This document shows positions 25,123 through 37,607 of a stretch of DNA of 56,649 nt, one piece after another. Numbering within the stretch: the stretch's first letter is position 1; each line of letters starts with the position of its first letter. Source of the stretch: Diploschistes diacapsis (lineage: Eukaryota); contig JALAIB010000004.1 of NCBI GenBank assembly GCA_023645945.1, forward strand, positions 1 through 56,649, given 5' to 3'. The notes beneath the pieces are model-generated. The model saw only the letters and a list, made by a program, of their open reading frames with translations. It made no database searches and was not told where the DNA came from. The position numbers were made by a program, and so were the translations under genes.

Positions 25123-28100
25123 TCACCAGGCTCCGAGATCTGTATCAAACCTTACAAGCTCCTTCCCAGCATCCTCTACATCTTTCTTCGCCTTCATCCT
25201 CATGTAAAAGATAGGGCAATCCTTTGAGCTGCAGATGACCTCGTTGTGCATGCTCCCTTGACACCGCTGACACTGGGTCCAAAGCCGACTGAATTTGACT
25301 TCCAAATCCGAAACCTCATGAAGGGTTTTATGGTACAATTCACCAATCCGAGGCCGACAGTTCTCACAAACCGCTCCCGTCGCTTCCTCCTTGCTGACAA
25401 GAGGCTTCTTACAGCCCATGCACGTTTGAGTTTTCTTGGCGAACTTCATCAAGCCACCAAGTGTTGGTGCAGCTACTGAGATACTTCTTGTGTGTTCGCC
25501 AGTGAGAAGCTGACCAGCCTTTTTCTTTCCAAGGATAGGCTCGAAGATGCGGCTGAGGGGTTTGGCAAGCTGGTTGTCGAGGTAGTATCGAGTGTCAATG
25601 GGTATGTTATTTTCCAGAACGAAGATTGGGTCCTCAGACTTCTCGTAGGCTTTTGCCCCTGCCGCACCCTTGACGATGATATATGCTACACGGTCTCCCA
25701 AACCTGGCGCTGAGCCAGCGTCGCGCTTTTTCATGCGGGCTGCAAGCTCGACGTGAGCTTGCTTCCCTTTGTACTCATCCTTTTTCGCAGCCACCGGAGC
25801 ATCCTCGTCTTCATCTTCATCTTTTTCTTTGGAGTTCTTCGTGAGCGCTTTCGTAATCACCAGTTTGGAAAGGTCAATTTTGTTCTGGAGAAGATCCGAG
25901 ATTGTCTCCTTCACGTAGCTAAACGGTGTCAGTTAGCAACGTAATTGCTACACCTCAAGTTTACTCACTCCTGAGCGCCCGGCACGTCACGGTCTATGAG
26001 AATTTTGCGTAGCACAGTCTCAATTACTGTCTGTACCATCCGACAATTGTCTCGTCGGACGGTCTCGATTCCTTTGCTATCCATCTTATCGTACTTGCTG
26101 GGGTTTGTCCAATACAGGCCAGCATATCTCTTTTTGTTGATAAGCAGATATGGGAAATACACCTTCTCAAATTCGAGTTTGATAGGCTTGATGAACTTTG
26201 CCGAAACATATGATCCAGCCTCTTCGCCCAGCTTCATCGTCGCCTCGAGCTCAGTAGTGCCGAATCGAACCATGACGGAGTCTGTGTCTCCGTAGATGAC
26301 CTCAGCGTCGTGAGAATATCCATTAGAAACAGTAAATCTTGCCTCCACTTCGTTCTTGGTTTTCTCGATCATCTGTCGTCCGTAGGAAGTGGTACTACTT
26401 GCAATAGCCAAGCATGGTAACTTGCCTACAGTTGCTCCCGTGATACCGTAAACACTATTCGCGCTTATCTTGAGAGCAAGCTGTCTTCCATTCAGCACGG
26501 CTTTCTTGAAGGGGTCTGTTTCGATGGCCAGATCCTTTCTTGCCCGCTTTCTTGCCGAGAGCAATTCTTCTAGGATCTGAGTCAGGAGACCTTTGCGGAC
26601 CTTGGCCGTGCAGAAAAGATCGTTATGGGGCGTCTCAATGTAGTCTTCGTCCTTTACAAACCCAAACTGTTCTACTTGACTCCTCGTGAGCAAGGTGGTG
26701 TAGCAAAGATTGTGTGCTTGCATGATACTTGGGTAAAGAGAGGCGAAGTCAAGTGTGGCAACAGGAACATCGTAATAACCCTTCTTAGGCTCGATTACTG
26801 TAGCGCCCTCGTACGCCTTTTCGTCTCCCCCAGACTCGTTCGGCAAGTTGGGTATAACAAGGTTCTGCTGACGAGCCTTGCGAAAGAGCTGACTAAGGAA
26901 CTTAATTTGCTGGCCTTTCGCGAGAAGATAGTTGAACGGAACTCCAGTGACCCTCGCCATTTCGGTGTAGTTGACCAAACACATTAGCTTGTCCATCAAT
27001 CTCTGTGGAAGGTAAGCATCCTTAAGACAATAGACCGCAAGCCGACGACGTGATTCTGCAGTTCCTTCGTGCAATGCAGTGATCATTGTATGATGAACGT
27101 CCTCTTTCTGTTCCCCAAGAAAATGTGCAGAGACTGAGTTCAACGTGTAACTCCGCAGTTGGTAATCGCGCTGTACAAGTTGAAGAAGGTCCAACTGAAG
27201 GCGTCCATGGATGTTGGTTGCGTGCGTCTCCCTGTTACCCATCTGTTTGCTAGAAAACCTATCCTCTTTTGCTTCTGAGATTCGACCCTTCAAGCGAGAC
27301 CAGTATGGAAACTTAACACATTTTAAGTGCCTAGCTCGATCCAAAAGGTATCGTAGATCGAAATTGGCAATATTGTAACCAATAATGACATCTGGATCAA
27401 CTCTTTCAAGGAAGCCCTTCCAAGCCATCAATAGCTTCTCCTCTGCATCAAACTCTAGGACCTGCGTGTTGACTATCAAACTACACGTATCCAGGACAAA
27501 GACATTCCGAATGAAAGGCGTGGATTCCCCATAACGAGTGACAACATTGCCGATTTGGATTACGGGATCATGGGTAGGCTCGGGAAATATACCCTTTCGG
27601 CCCGCACATTCTATGTCGAAAGACATAATCCGGAGAGGTGCGATCTTGGCCCATTCTCCGTCGTTTCCATGAGCGACAATATCTTCGTAATGAACGTAGG
27701 CTTCGATTTGGCATGTGGACTGTCGGTCCCGCGCTGGTACAAGTTCATATTTCAAAGCCGGCACCTCAACCCACGACATTCCGGTAATACCAGTATCGAT
27801 CATGAAGCGCAGGACGTAATCGAGATTGTCAAAGGTCTTGATTCCTTTTTCGACACCCACCCAGAAGTTTTTGTAATTGAGTGGTTGCTTTTCAAAGATG
27901 AACCGAACCTTACTGATGTACTGCGGGTCTGTCACGGAGATTTTTAGGTATGGGCTTTTCTGATTACCCTGATACCCGAAGATATTCTCCCGTAGGACCA
28001 TCTGGATTGAGTGTATGGCCGGCTCGTGTACCGAGAACTTCTGCTCGAGGAGACGTTCAAGCCCTTTACAATCATCTTTGGTAAACGAAGCTGGTGCGGC

Positions 28101-28602
28101 AACATAGAGGTAGTGGAGGAAATTTGTCACGTGTACCAGCACCGAATTACCGCTCTGCGTCCGGAAGTTAGCACAAGCGTAATCAAGGTCATCGTCGCCT
28201 TACCTCTGTTACACCAAATAACTTCACGGCAGCCTTACCCCCTTGAACGGCCCCCTTCTCAGCCTCTATTTGCTGGAAACATAGCGAATTCCTCTTTTCG
28301 TCAAAGTCTTTCAAAGCTGGGCGATCCCATTGTTGGTCCTTCTCGGAGTTGTTCTGTTTGAGCTCGTTGATTTCTTGCGTCAACTTCTCAAGTACCTCTT
28401 CTTCAAAGTGTGACTTTGTTTGGCTTGAACCAAGAGGACCTCTTTGGCCCTTGAGACCTTTGAATCCGGTTGCTGGGGACGAGCCCAAATCCAATCTGCG
28501 TCGTTTTGCTGCGCTCGGTGACGGGAGAACAGTTGCGTTCCGATGCGCATTGGTTGAGTCTCCCAGAACCCTCTTCTGTGGGTGAAGTGCTGTGCCGGGC
28601 AT
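25123..28602 (-). CDS. POL3: DNA polymerase delta catalytic subunit; 3 exons
   Basis: Exonuclease 'SFDIEC'; polB motifs 'DFASLYPS', 'KISANSVYG', 'YGDTDS'; C-terminal CysA/CysB. Introns 28155-28203 and 25919-25968. Confidence 0.97.
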
Positions 28603-28787
28603 GTTCACCAGTTCACAAAGCGACTCATCGAACGCTAAAGTCGGTAGTGGAGAATGGCAAACTTATCGTCGGGCTTCAAAGAATTTAGAGAAAAACCAAA
28701 TGAAGGTCCGAATGTAGGTAACTACAATCCAGGCTTTCCTTGGGACTTGTCAAGAATAAGGCCATAGCATGAAGGAATAGCAGGATG

Positions 28788-28804
28788 ACGCGACCAGACG
28801 CGAA
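28788..28804. promoter_or_regulatory. Paired MCB-like (ACGCGA) elements upstream of POL3
   Basis: ACGCGA at 28788 and ACGCGAA at 28798, ~190 nt upstream of the POL3 ATG; POL3 is an MBF target in budding yeast. Confidence 0.5.
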
Positions 28805-29163
28805 GTATTCGTGGCACACCGGCTCCGACCTTGCTTACTTCCCCCGGCTACCGACCTCATCATTAATCGTAATCGTCGGTGGGGCAAAAAAGTTATGCTA
28901 TGTAACTAGATAGATTGCTTGCTAAGATTATACACGTCGCCGACCTTTCCAAATTCTCAACGTGTTTTTCGCCGAAGTCCCATCCTCGAAAACTATTATA
29001 AAAGGGCCTTGACGCATCCATCTTGGGTTCAAATTTCAAGCAACACTATCGATACTGTACTTAAGCTTTCCTGTTTGCTCAAACTCCCCATCTTTTTTTT
29101 TAAACATCAAGCCGCCGCCCTCTACTCGAAATTACCGCTAGCATCAGTCCTTTAGAAATCGCA

Positions 29164-29390
29164 ATGTGTAAGAGAGGTACTTGTGCGACGTGTAGTACGT
29201 GTTCCGTGCCCTCAGCAGCGATGTGCTAACTCAACGCTGATGTATTGTAGATAAAGCATCATGGTGGGGTTGTGGAAACCACATCTCGTCGGTCATGGCT
29301 TCCATTCCGCCCCAAGAATGGTGTACCTGTGAACCCCAAGTTCAGCGCAGCGGGGTTCTATATCCTCCTATGGCCGCAAAGGCCGATTAA
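29164..29390 (+). CDS. 56-aa Cys-rich putative metal-binding microprotein; 2 exons
   Basis: Exon 29164-29194, intron 29195-29250 (GTACGT..GCTAAC..TAG), exon 29251-29390. Product: MCKRGTCATCNKASWWGCGNHISSVMASIPPQEWCTCEPQVQRSGVLYPPMAAKAD. Confidence 0.85.
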
Positions 29391-29940
29391 ACCCCCCAAA
29401 ACCCCAGCTGTGTCCGACTGTCATAGCACCCCACTTCTGTCCACTGGACAGCACGGCGATGACAACTGGGACATGGCTGGAGACTATCTTCGCTATATAG
29501 CGCTTCAGCTGTCGAAAATGTATTTACGTTGCTCCACTATGGAAAGATTACGGCATTTGGCTGATTAGATTTTCGACTATGCTATAAGAAATTAGATTCC
29601 CAGATCACAATATGACCGGATGTTCAACCTCAAGCAAAAGAAAGCGTTACTCTGGCTGAACCATCACCAACCAAAATCCATTAACGGACCAACTGGAGGC
29701 ATTCCCAACCTTTCAGGGCTCTGCTCTCAAACAGCACTGATCCATGCACTTGTTAACGGAGCTTGAGCTACGCGAAACTTGACCAAAAACTGAACGCACA
29801 GGCCCCCGGGTAAAAATTGGTCTTTAAGAAAATACCAGAATATCTCGAAGCGTTGTGTGATGGCGATGATATTCCCAAGCCTTTCCACAACGCGCGCGGG
29901 TGAGGGGTTTCCAACATTCACAAGCAGCAAAAGATTATTT

Positions 29941-31877
29941 CTAAGCAAAAGAAGCGCTTGTCGGCAGAGCTTTGCTTGTTTCGGGAATGACAGCCATCGG
30001 CAACGTCAGGTTCGATGGGAGTAACTCCGGGACTTGAGTGAACAGTGGGTCGTTTATGGTTACGGCCCAGGGATCACCACCGCCATTCTCTAAATGGTAT
30101 AGATCGTTCGTCTCAGCTGATGGCGGTCTCTCCATCATTTTGCCCATTGCCATGACCTCGCGCGCAGCACCACGGATGCTTTGCAGCACAGAGCCAGCAA
30201 GAGCCCATGTCCCTTTGATTGACTTTAGGGAGCCCACGCTTAGCGCCAGCCTCTCACGAATAGCCGCCCTGTGATTCACATCATGGGCAAGCAGATAAGC
30301 GGAGAGATGGACCACGGCACTTAGTGTCAGCATGCACGTGAAGAGTGGGGTATGCTGAAGACTATCACCAGGATATGTGATTAGCTCTGCGATTTTGTCT
30401 GCTGCAGAGGTACACTTGACGGTGTGGACGCTGAACTTGGATGCCGGAGTTCCATAAATTCTCGATTCCAGACAGTTGTTGCTGTCTTGCACGTCTGTGA
30501 ATACGAGATCAGAGCGCGGACGATGCAAACAAATACTTGCCCTGTTGGTCTGTTAGAAGCTATCCTAATCTCCTTCATCTCGTCTGGGCTTACGCATTGG
30601 TCATCATGTGCGCCTGGAACATCATTTCATCAAGCTTTCCGTCCTTCCCTAACGGAGTCTGCTTTTGCTCTGGCAAGTGTAACTGCCAGTTGTTAATGGC
30701 GATGTCGATTGACGTTACGATATCCGAGCTTTCCGGGCAAAATGGTTGATTCAGGGCAAGAAGCCGGCCAATGGAACGAGCGGCAATCACTCTATAGGCA
30801 AAGGATGAGAATGAGGCATCGTCGTCGTCGAAGAAAGTATATTGGTCGTATTCCATGATTGTCCTTGACGCACCGGGCTAAAATAGGTTAGTCACCCTCC
30901 GATAAGGTCTGCTATTTCACGGAAGCTTACCCGGCAGGCACGGTATTCTTTCTCCTCCCAAGGAAGCTCGATATCCGCCTCCACCGCGTTCATACGGGAA
31001 TAAATATCGTGTCGAAACGCAGCCAACATTAGCTCATTAACATAAAGCTCCCACCATACCCTGCGCCACATCTCCTGAATTACGGCCTCGCCACCGCTGT
31101 TGAGCTGAGCGAAGGATGCCCTATGCATGCCAAGCTGAAGCGCCAGATCTGTTGCTTGTGTGAAGGTTGTTAGCGCCAAGCCATTCTGATCTTGAGCCCT
31201 ATACATAATACCAAGCAAGGTCAGAGCTTGCACCAGGTAGGCATCACGTTTGGTGTCCTTCGCGTAAAGGCACGCCTGAAGATGGTGTAGATATCTTGGG
31301 TCAGCTCGAGCCTTGGCGGAGTACTGCGCACCAACATAGTCCACAACGGCTTCAACAAGCGCAGGCAATGCATTGGCGGATATGCGAGGAAGGAAAGCTT
31401 TGGGAAGCATGATAGGATGCGCATCATGGAAGTAGTAATAGTAAAGCTCCCTCAGCTTCTCTCGCCCGAAGGAAGCAGAATTCGAGTCTAAGAATACCGA
31501 CGGTGGAACCCTAGCGGAAGGCCGGGGGTCAAAGAACCCCTACGAGAGAATGTCAATTATTGATGGCATGCACATCGGCTATGGCAAGAAGAAGAATAAT
31601 GGTTTCATACCTGAGCGGGATACTCCTCACTGCTTGTGGTGCTGGAGGTGTTATAGGATTCTGGTGTTTTGTCCGCCGACTCACCGGACCGTTGTCTCTT
31701 ACGTGTAGGTCTGTGTCCTCTTCGAGATTGAACGTAAAAGCAATTTTGCTTGCTGTCGAGGCACCTCGAGCACGAAGGGCTGCCACCGTCACATTTTAGA
31801 TGTCGTTCGCGGCAGACAACGCATGCGAGGGGCACGGCGGCGACGTCGCCATTCTCTTTGCCTAGCTTTGTGGACAT
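29941..31877 (-). CDS. Zn(II)2Cys6 transcription factor with fungal-specific TF middle domain; multi-exon
   Basis: 'ACVVCRERHLKCDGGSPSCSRCLDSKQNCFY'; 'YYYFHDAHPIMLP', 'EMWRRVWWELY', 'DEMMFQAHM'. Introns near 31540-31610, 30880-30930, 30540-30593. Confidence 0.9.
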
Positions 31878-31937
31878 GGCTACGGTGCCTGCTTAACGGA
31901 TACTCGAAATTCTGAGGACCAACAAACGATGTGGCAG

Positions 31938-32020
31938 GAGTAGTAATAGTAGCAGTCGCAGTAGCAGTAGCAGTGGTAGTGGTAGTGGTAGTGGTAGTGA
32001 TAGTGGTAGAGGTAGTGGTA
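31938..32020. repeat. Imperfect trinucleotide/hexanucleotide microsatellite (AGT/GGT/AGC)
   Basis: agtagtaatagtagcagtcgcagtagcagtagcagtggtagtggtagtggtagtggtagtgatagtggtagaggtagtggta, upstream of the TF ATG. Confidence 0.8.
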
Positions 32021-32846
32021 AAGTGGAGTATCTAGTAGTTCAATGAATGAAGCGAATCGATCGGCTCGGTAGGATTATTCGAGCGACTTTCGGGAGTGCA
32101 ACTAAGGCAAGATACCACCTAGTAAGATCGAGTCCTCTATGCGGTGATTGCTTGATTGACCAGGGTAAAAAAGGGTCTCTTTCCCTCCGTTGATCTTCGT
32201 CACACCACACACAACACAGAACGCAACCGCCACTCTTCGTAATCGATTTCGATTTTACATCTACGGCCTCCAAACTTCCTCAAAAAGTAGTACAGTCAGC
32301 CCCGTCTACATAGTAATAGAGGAGGTAACGGGGCGCTCGGAGGGGTCAGTCGTCTTGGGCCGCGTTTCCATACACCTACCTTTGTGCTCCTGCTTATGTG
32401 CTCCTGCTTATGCGGCTATGCACATTCTCATTGTCATTGTCATACTATCGACCATACAGGTAATCCAGACCACTACTATCGCTGCCTCCATGGCTCTGCC
32501 AAGGCCATTGGCCATTGTAAGCGGTCCCACCAGCAGGAACGTTCTGTCCACAACTTGTCAGTACTACAGAGTAGAAGTGAACGTCTTCTCGTCATATGGA
32601 GATGGTGATTGATCTCCGACAACATTGTGCATAGATCTTTCCACCTGTGTTGGCGACGCACCAACTGGACGCCACCGCAAGTTAGCGCAGCCACAGCGCA
32701 ACTATAGGCAATAGTGTATCTAGAGTATAGGGGCCAAAATTGGATGTCAGAAAGTAGCCTTGGAGAAAAGCCAAGCTGCAAACTTTTCGATTATTTATAT
32801 TTGGAGGCAGATTCTCAGGTTCTCTCGTGGCCATCAGCTCCGTTCA

Positions 32847-35800
32847 ATGGCAGACAACCATCACCAGGCCTACGGAGACTATCCGGCTCAGGACGACCGC
32901 GAACAAAATGATCGTGGCCTGGTTAACGATACTCTACAGAAAACTCAGCGAACCCCTGTCGTCTCTTCCCTGTTAGATAAGGTCCAAGGCGCAGTTCAGG
33001 AATTCCGGTCCGAGCTCAATCGGGTTGCAGGCCAAGGGATTGGCCAAAGTCAGCCTCGACAGGATCAACATCGCTTCGATAGCTTCGTTGGACCTCAGGA
33101 AGGTAACGCCGTAAAATGGTATGTTGATGGTGCTGGGTACTTCTGGGCAGTCTCGATCGCACTGCAAGAAGCAAGAGAATCCATATGGATCCTAGACTGT
33201 GCGAAGTAACCATCAAATATCGCCTCCATCACAAGCTCACGCATGGTTTTCAGGGTGGCTTTCGCCGGAGCTTTATTTGCGAAGGCCTCCAGCAAAGCAC
33301 GAGCAATATCGGCTCGATCGTCTGCTTCGATCCGCTGCTGAGCGTGGTGTCAAAGTGAATGTGATAGTTTACAAGGAGGTACCGCAAGCTTTGACACGTA
33401 AGTTGCTCCTTTCGCCAGTATGCTTCCTTTTCTGGTGCCCCGACAACGACCCCGATGCCGAACCCGGAGCCGCTCTGCTGGCTGGATACCTACAGTAACT
33501 TCATCTTAACAATGTTGAAGTTCGCCCTTCATCCGCCTGTCCCCGTCCTGTCGGGGCCAGAGCTCGCTAATCCTTCTCAGTTGACTCGCAGCATACCAAG
33601 CATTATCTCGAAGGGTTACATCCCAACATTGCCGTCTTCCGCCACCCCGATCACTTACCCGACGCGCACACACTCGAATCGTCGTTTGTTTCCTCCTTGC
33701 AGGGCTTGAAATTGAACGCCGCAACAGCAAGTAAGTTGGGAGGCGATGCTCTCAAAACTTTGTATGGCTTCTCGGATGACATAATCCTGTATTGGGCCCA
33801 CCACGAAAAACTATGCATAGTGGACGGCGGAACCGTCTTCATGGGTGGACTGGACCTGTGCTATGTACGTCGTTTGCGTTCCTGCCGGCCGCATGCACTG
33901 CTAATCATCACAAGGGACGCTGGGTAAGTTTTGTCGCTATTCGATACAGAGGACGCCGTCAAACCGCACGAATAAAATTCAGCTGACGCTGAGTTACCTG
34001 TAGGATTCTAACCAACATTCCATAGCCGATGCCCATCCAGGTGATTTGAACGCCATTGTCTTTCCCGGTCAAGATTTCAATAATGCAAGAGTCATGGATT
34101 TCGAAGACGTTTCACACTGGCAGAACAATAAACTAGACAGGAAATACAGTTCTCGAATGGGCTGGTCCGACATTTCTATCTGTGTTAGAGGTTCGGTGAC
34201 TCAGGATCTTCGGCAGCATTTCGTACAGAGGTAGGTCGTGCTTTGACAATGGCCATCAGTCCATAGCCTGCCGCTCTTTGCTAACGAAAGCCAGATGGAA
34301 CTTCATCTGTACGCCTACGTCTCCAATCTGCAGAGCACATTGATTGAACTTAGATTAGATAACGAAAAATACGATCTCCGCAAGGATGTACGCTACCACA
34401 GATTGAGTCTTGAAGGATTTCCAGTGGAACAACTGGATGGGCAATCACTACTGCGCATCCAGCGGCAACAAGGCCAGTCTGATGTCAACCGCGGATATTC
34501 CAACCAAACCGGACCGCAACCAGACCAGGAACAAGGTCTGGGGTATGGTAACCCGGACCAAAATTCGACGCATCGCGCGGGTGCACAATCTTATTTGCAA
34601 AGGCTCGAACACGAAGTTTTCCAGGAGGGTACCGCGTTTAAGGAGCATTTCCAAAATCAAGCACACCGAATGGGCGATCAGTTAATGGACTCTGGGCCGT
34701 CAAAATACGCAGGAGCAGATGGGATGTATTGCCAGCTTGTCCGCAGCGCAAGTAAATGGAGCAACGGGACCGCTACCGAGCACTCCATCGCGAATGCGTA
34801 CGCGAGTCTCATCAAGCAGGCCAGCCATTTCATTTATATCGAGAATCAATTCTTCATTACCGCAACCGGCAACAACCAGTCCCCAATAAAGAATAACATC
34901 ATCGGGTCGGCCATCGTCGAGCGGATTTTGCGTGCAGCAAGGACTGGTCAGAAGTTTAAGATCATCATTGTCATGCCGGCCATTCCTGGATTCGCAGGGG
35001 ATCTCCAAGCCGACGCAAGTCTGGGAACGAGAGCCATTATGGAGTATATCAACGATCGTTGTGTGTTCACGGTCAATGCTGACAGCCTCAGGTACCAATA
35101 TAAATCAATCAACAGAGGAGGCCACAGTATCATGGAAGAGGTTGCAAAGGCAGGCTTCGACCCTCTTCAGTACATTCGTTGGTACAATCTTCGCAATTAC
35201 GATCGCGTAAGCGACAACCAGTGCTCGTGTCTTCTAATATACTGATTGCTATGGCAGATCAACACCAGCGCGGTCATGGAGCAGGCCGAACGAAACAGTG
35301 GGGTAGATTACGAAGCCGCGCGTCGAGACTTCGATCATCAAGTTGATCCTCTAGGCTACGAAAGAAGCCGTGAAGCAGCTTTGCATGGCGCACCGAAGAG
35401 CGGCGAATGTCAAAGGTATCAGCATGCGGCTGATGAGCTTACAAACCGTAGAGGCCTCAGGAACTGGGATTCTGTGTCTGGCTGCTATATGCTTCACGGT
35501 CCAGATATCCGCGAGATCCCATGGGAAGGGGATCAATCTGAGATGGATGCTTTCGTTCAAGAGGAGCTGGTGAATAGTCCGCTTCCTTGGCCGCACTTTT
35601 GGACTGATCAATCTCTTGCCAGTACATCCATTCAAAGGTCATGATCGTGGACGACAGGACAGTCGTATGTGGAAGTGCAAACTGCAACGACCGCAGTATG
35701 CTAGGGTACCACGACTCAGAGATCGGTCAGCACCGTTTCCAATGTTGTGTTTTGTACTACATTAACTGGGCCGCTAGCGCTCGTAGTAGAGGACTCTGAG

Positions 35801-36427
35801 CCCTTGGAGTCATTCATGGACGGTCAACCATGGAGAGCGAGCAGGTTTGCAGCCACACTCAGAAGACAGCTGTCGCGCAAGCACTTGGGCCTGCTACCGG
35901 TTCAGGACTTTGAGAAGCCGGACAGAAATTTCGAGCCCCTGGCCATTCCCAACGCTTACGATCTAGGCTCCGCTGAGGATCATCTGGTTGCGGACCCTGT
36001 TGCCGATAACTTTCTGAACTTCTGGAACGGCAGAGCCCGGCAGAATACAGAGGCTTTCAGGAAAGTCTTCCATCCAGTTCCAGATGACAGTGTGAAGACA
36101 TGGGCCGAATACAGTACGTTCTTCGAGCGATACTTCACTCATGCCGAAGAAGTAGCGGAAGGCAAAGGTGGGAAAGGTTGCGCAAAGTACCGTTGGGGCC
36201 ACGTTGTGGCGGAGAATTTTTCACCAGGCGAGCAAGGTGTCCGGGAGGTCAAAGATATTCTGAGTACTATACATGGCACCTTGGTGAGTCACAAGCATTG
36301 CTCAAATCCGAGTAAGCTTACAAGCCCGGGATATTAGGTTGAAATGCCTCTCCTGTTCTTGATCAAGGAGGACATTGCGAAGGAGGGACTCAGCTTAAAT
36401 GCTTTGACCGAAGAGGTGTACACTTGA
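32847..36427 (+). CDS. Phospholipase D (two HKD motifs; no PX/PH region seen), many introns
   Basis: '[33 protein letters not shown]', HKD1 '[12 protein letters not shown]', '[10 protein letters not shown]', HKD2 '[27 protein letters not shown]', C-terminus '[14 protein letters not shown]'. Confidence 0.92.
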
Positions 36428-37514
36428 GGTTCGGAGTTTCTAGTACAAAGATAAGACGGGGAAGCGATGGGAAAGCCAAGTAAGGTTGAGCTGCCTATTG
36501 ATGGGTTCTAGCCAGGCTGCAGGTAGGTACTACTTGGCAGGTAGTGTATGCGGTGGTTTAGCGTGGTGTTAGAAAAGGTACCTGCGGTAGGTAAGTTTGC
36601 AGTGGACGACCGAAATGTTGATGTGGACGACGAAATGTTGATGTTGATCGGATATCCATACGTTTTGGGCTCTTGAACTTGAAGACTTGTAAGGGAACAA
36701 CAATACTAAGGGCTCGCTTAGCAAAAAGAAATCCGAAAACGAACTAGTATCCGAGTCCCGATCTGCACTAATACCACAGGTATTTACTTTCTCCAACTTC
36801 AATTACTCTCCTTCGCATTGTCTATCTCTCTTCAGCTCTAATTTTGTATCGAGCTGATAACGGACTTGAAAGCACATACTGTCGGTTGATAGGAAATGTA
36901 CTCAAGGAAGTAGGAGGAGAATGCAAGCTTGCAGGCATTGTCGTCTATGGCCCACCATGTTTTGCATCACAGTACATGTGCAACAGAAGGCTGAGTATAC
37001 ATCTTGTCCCTGAACCAGCATCACTGAGTGTGAGGTGTCGAGGATCCTTCTTTGCTTGATCTTTGATGTCTGATCATCTATGCCTTTCCTGTCTTAGGTC
37101 GTCACTCCTTCAGCCTCACCCTGTTGAATTCATTGTTTTTTTTTTCACATTTGCAGATACGAATCGGTGCTCTAGACCATTCCGATGCCTAAGTCTTCGT
37201 GTTCTTTATGCAAAAGAACAATACCAAGAAGTGTTAATATTGTCGAGTCACAGACGATAATATCAAGCCTTGAGCTTTCGACCTTTTTCAAAAGTTACAA
37301 AGGGCTCTTGCAACTGCTATCACTGCTAACGAGACGCCGCTGCTTGCTCACTTCAAAGTATTTCAGTCGTTGGGTCTGCTTCTTCTCATCTCCATACCAC
37401 AATTCTCCTCCATCAAGGACTCAAAGCCAGAAGCCAAGATAGACGACCTTTTACAAGCAAGACCTCAATACACCTCCCAAACCCTCTTACCGCTTTTGCC
37501 CTCAGATCTTCCGG

Positions 37515-37578
37515 GTAAGCCGTGAAGCCCTCACCCTGGCTGGCACAGAACACTAGCTAATCAATCACCCTCATTTAG
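37515..37578 (+). other. 5'-UTR intron of the candidate pheromone gene
   Basis: GTAAGC donor, GCTAAT branch site, TTTAG acceptor 29 nt before the ATG at 37608. Confidence 0.65.
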
Positions 37579-37607
37579 CATTTACGAGTGCCTCACAAGC
37601 ATCAAGA

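Noticed and set aside
29941..36427. Secondary-metabolite gene cluster around the Zn2Cys6 factor
   Set aside because: No PKS, NRPS, terpene synthase, tailoring enzyme or transporter nearby; neighbours are housekeeping genes.
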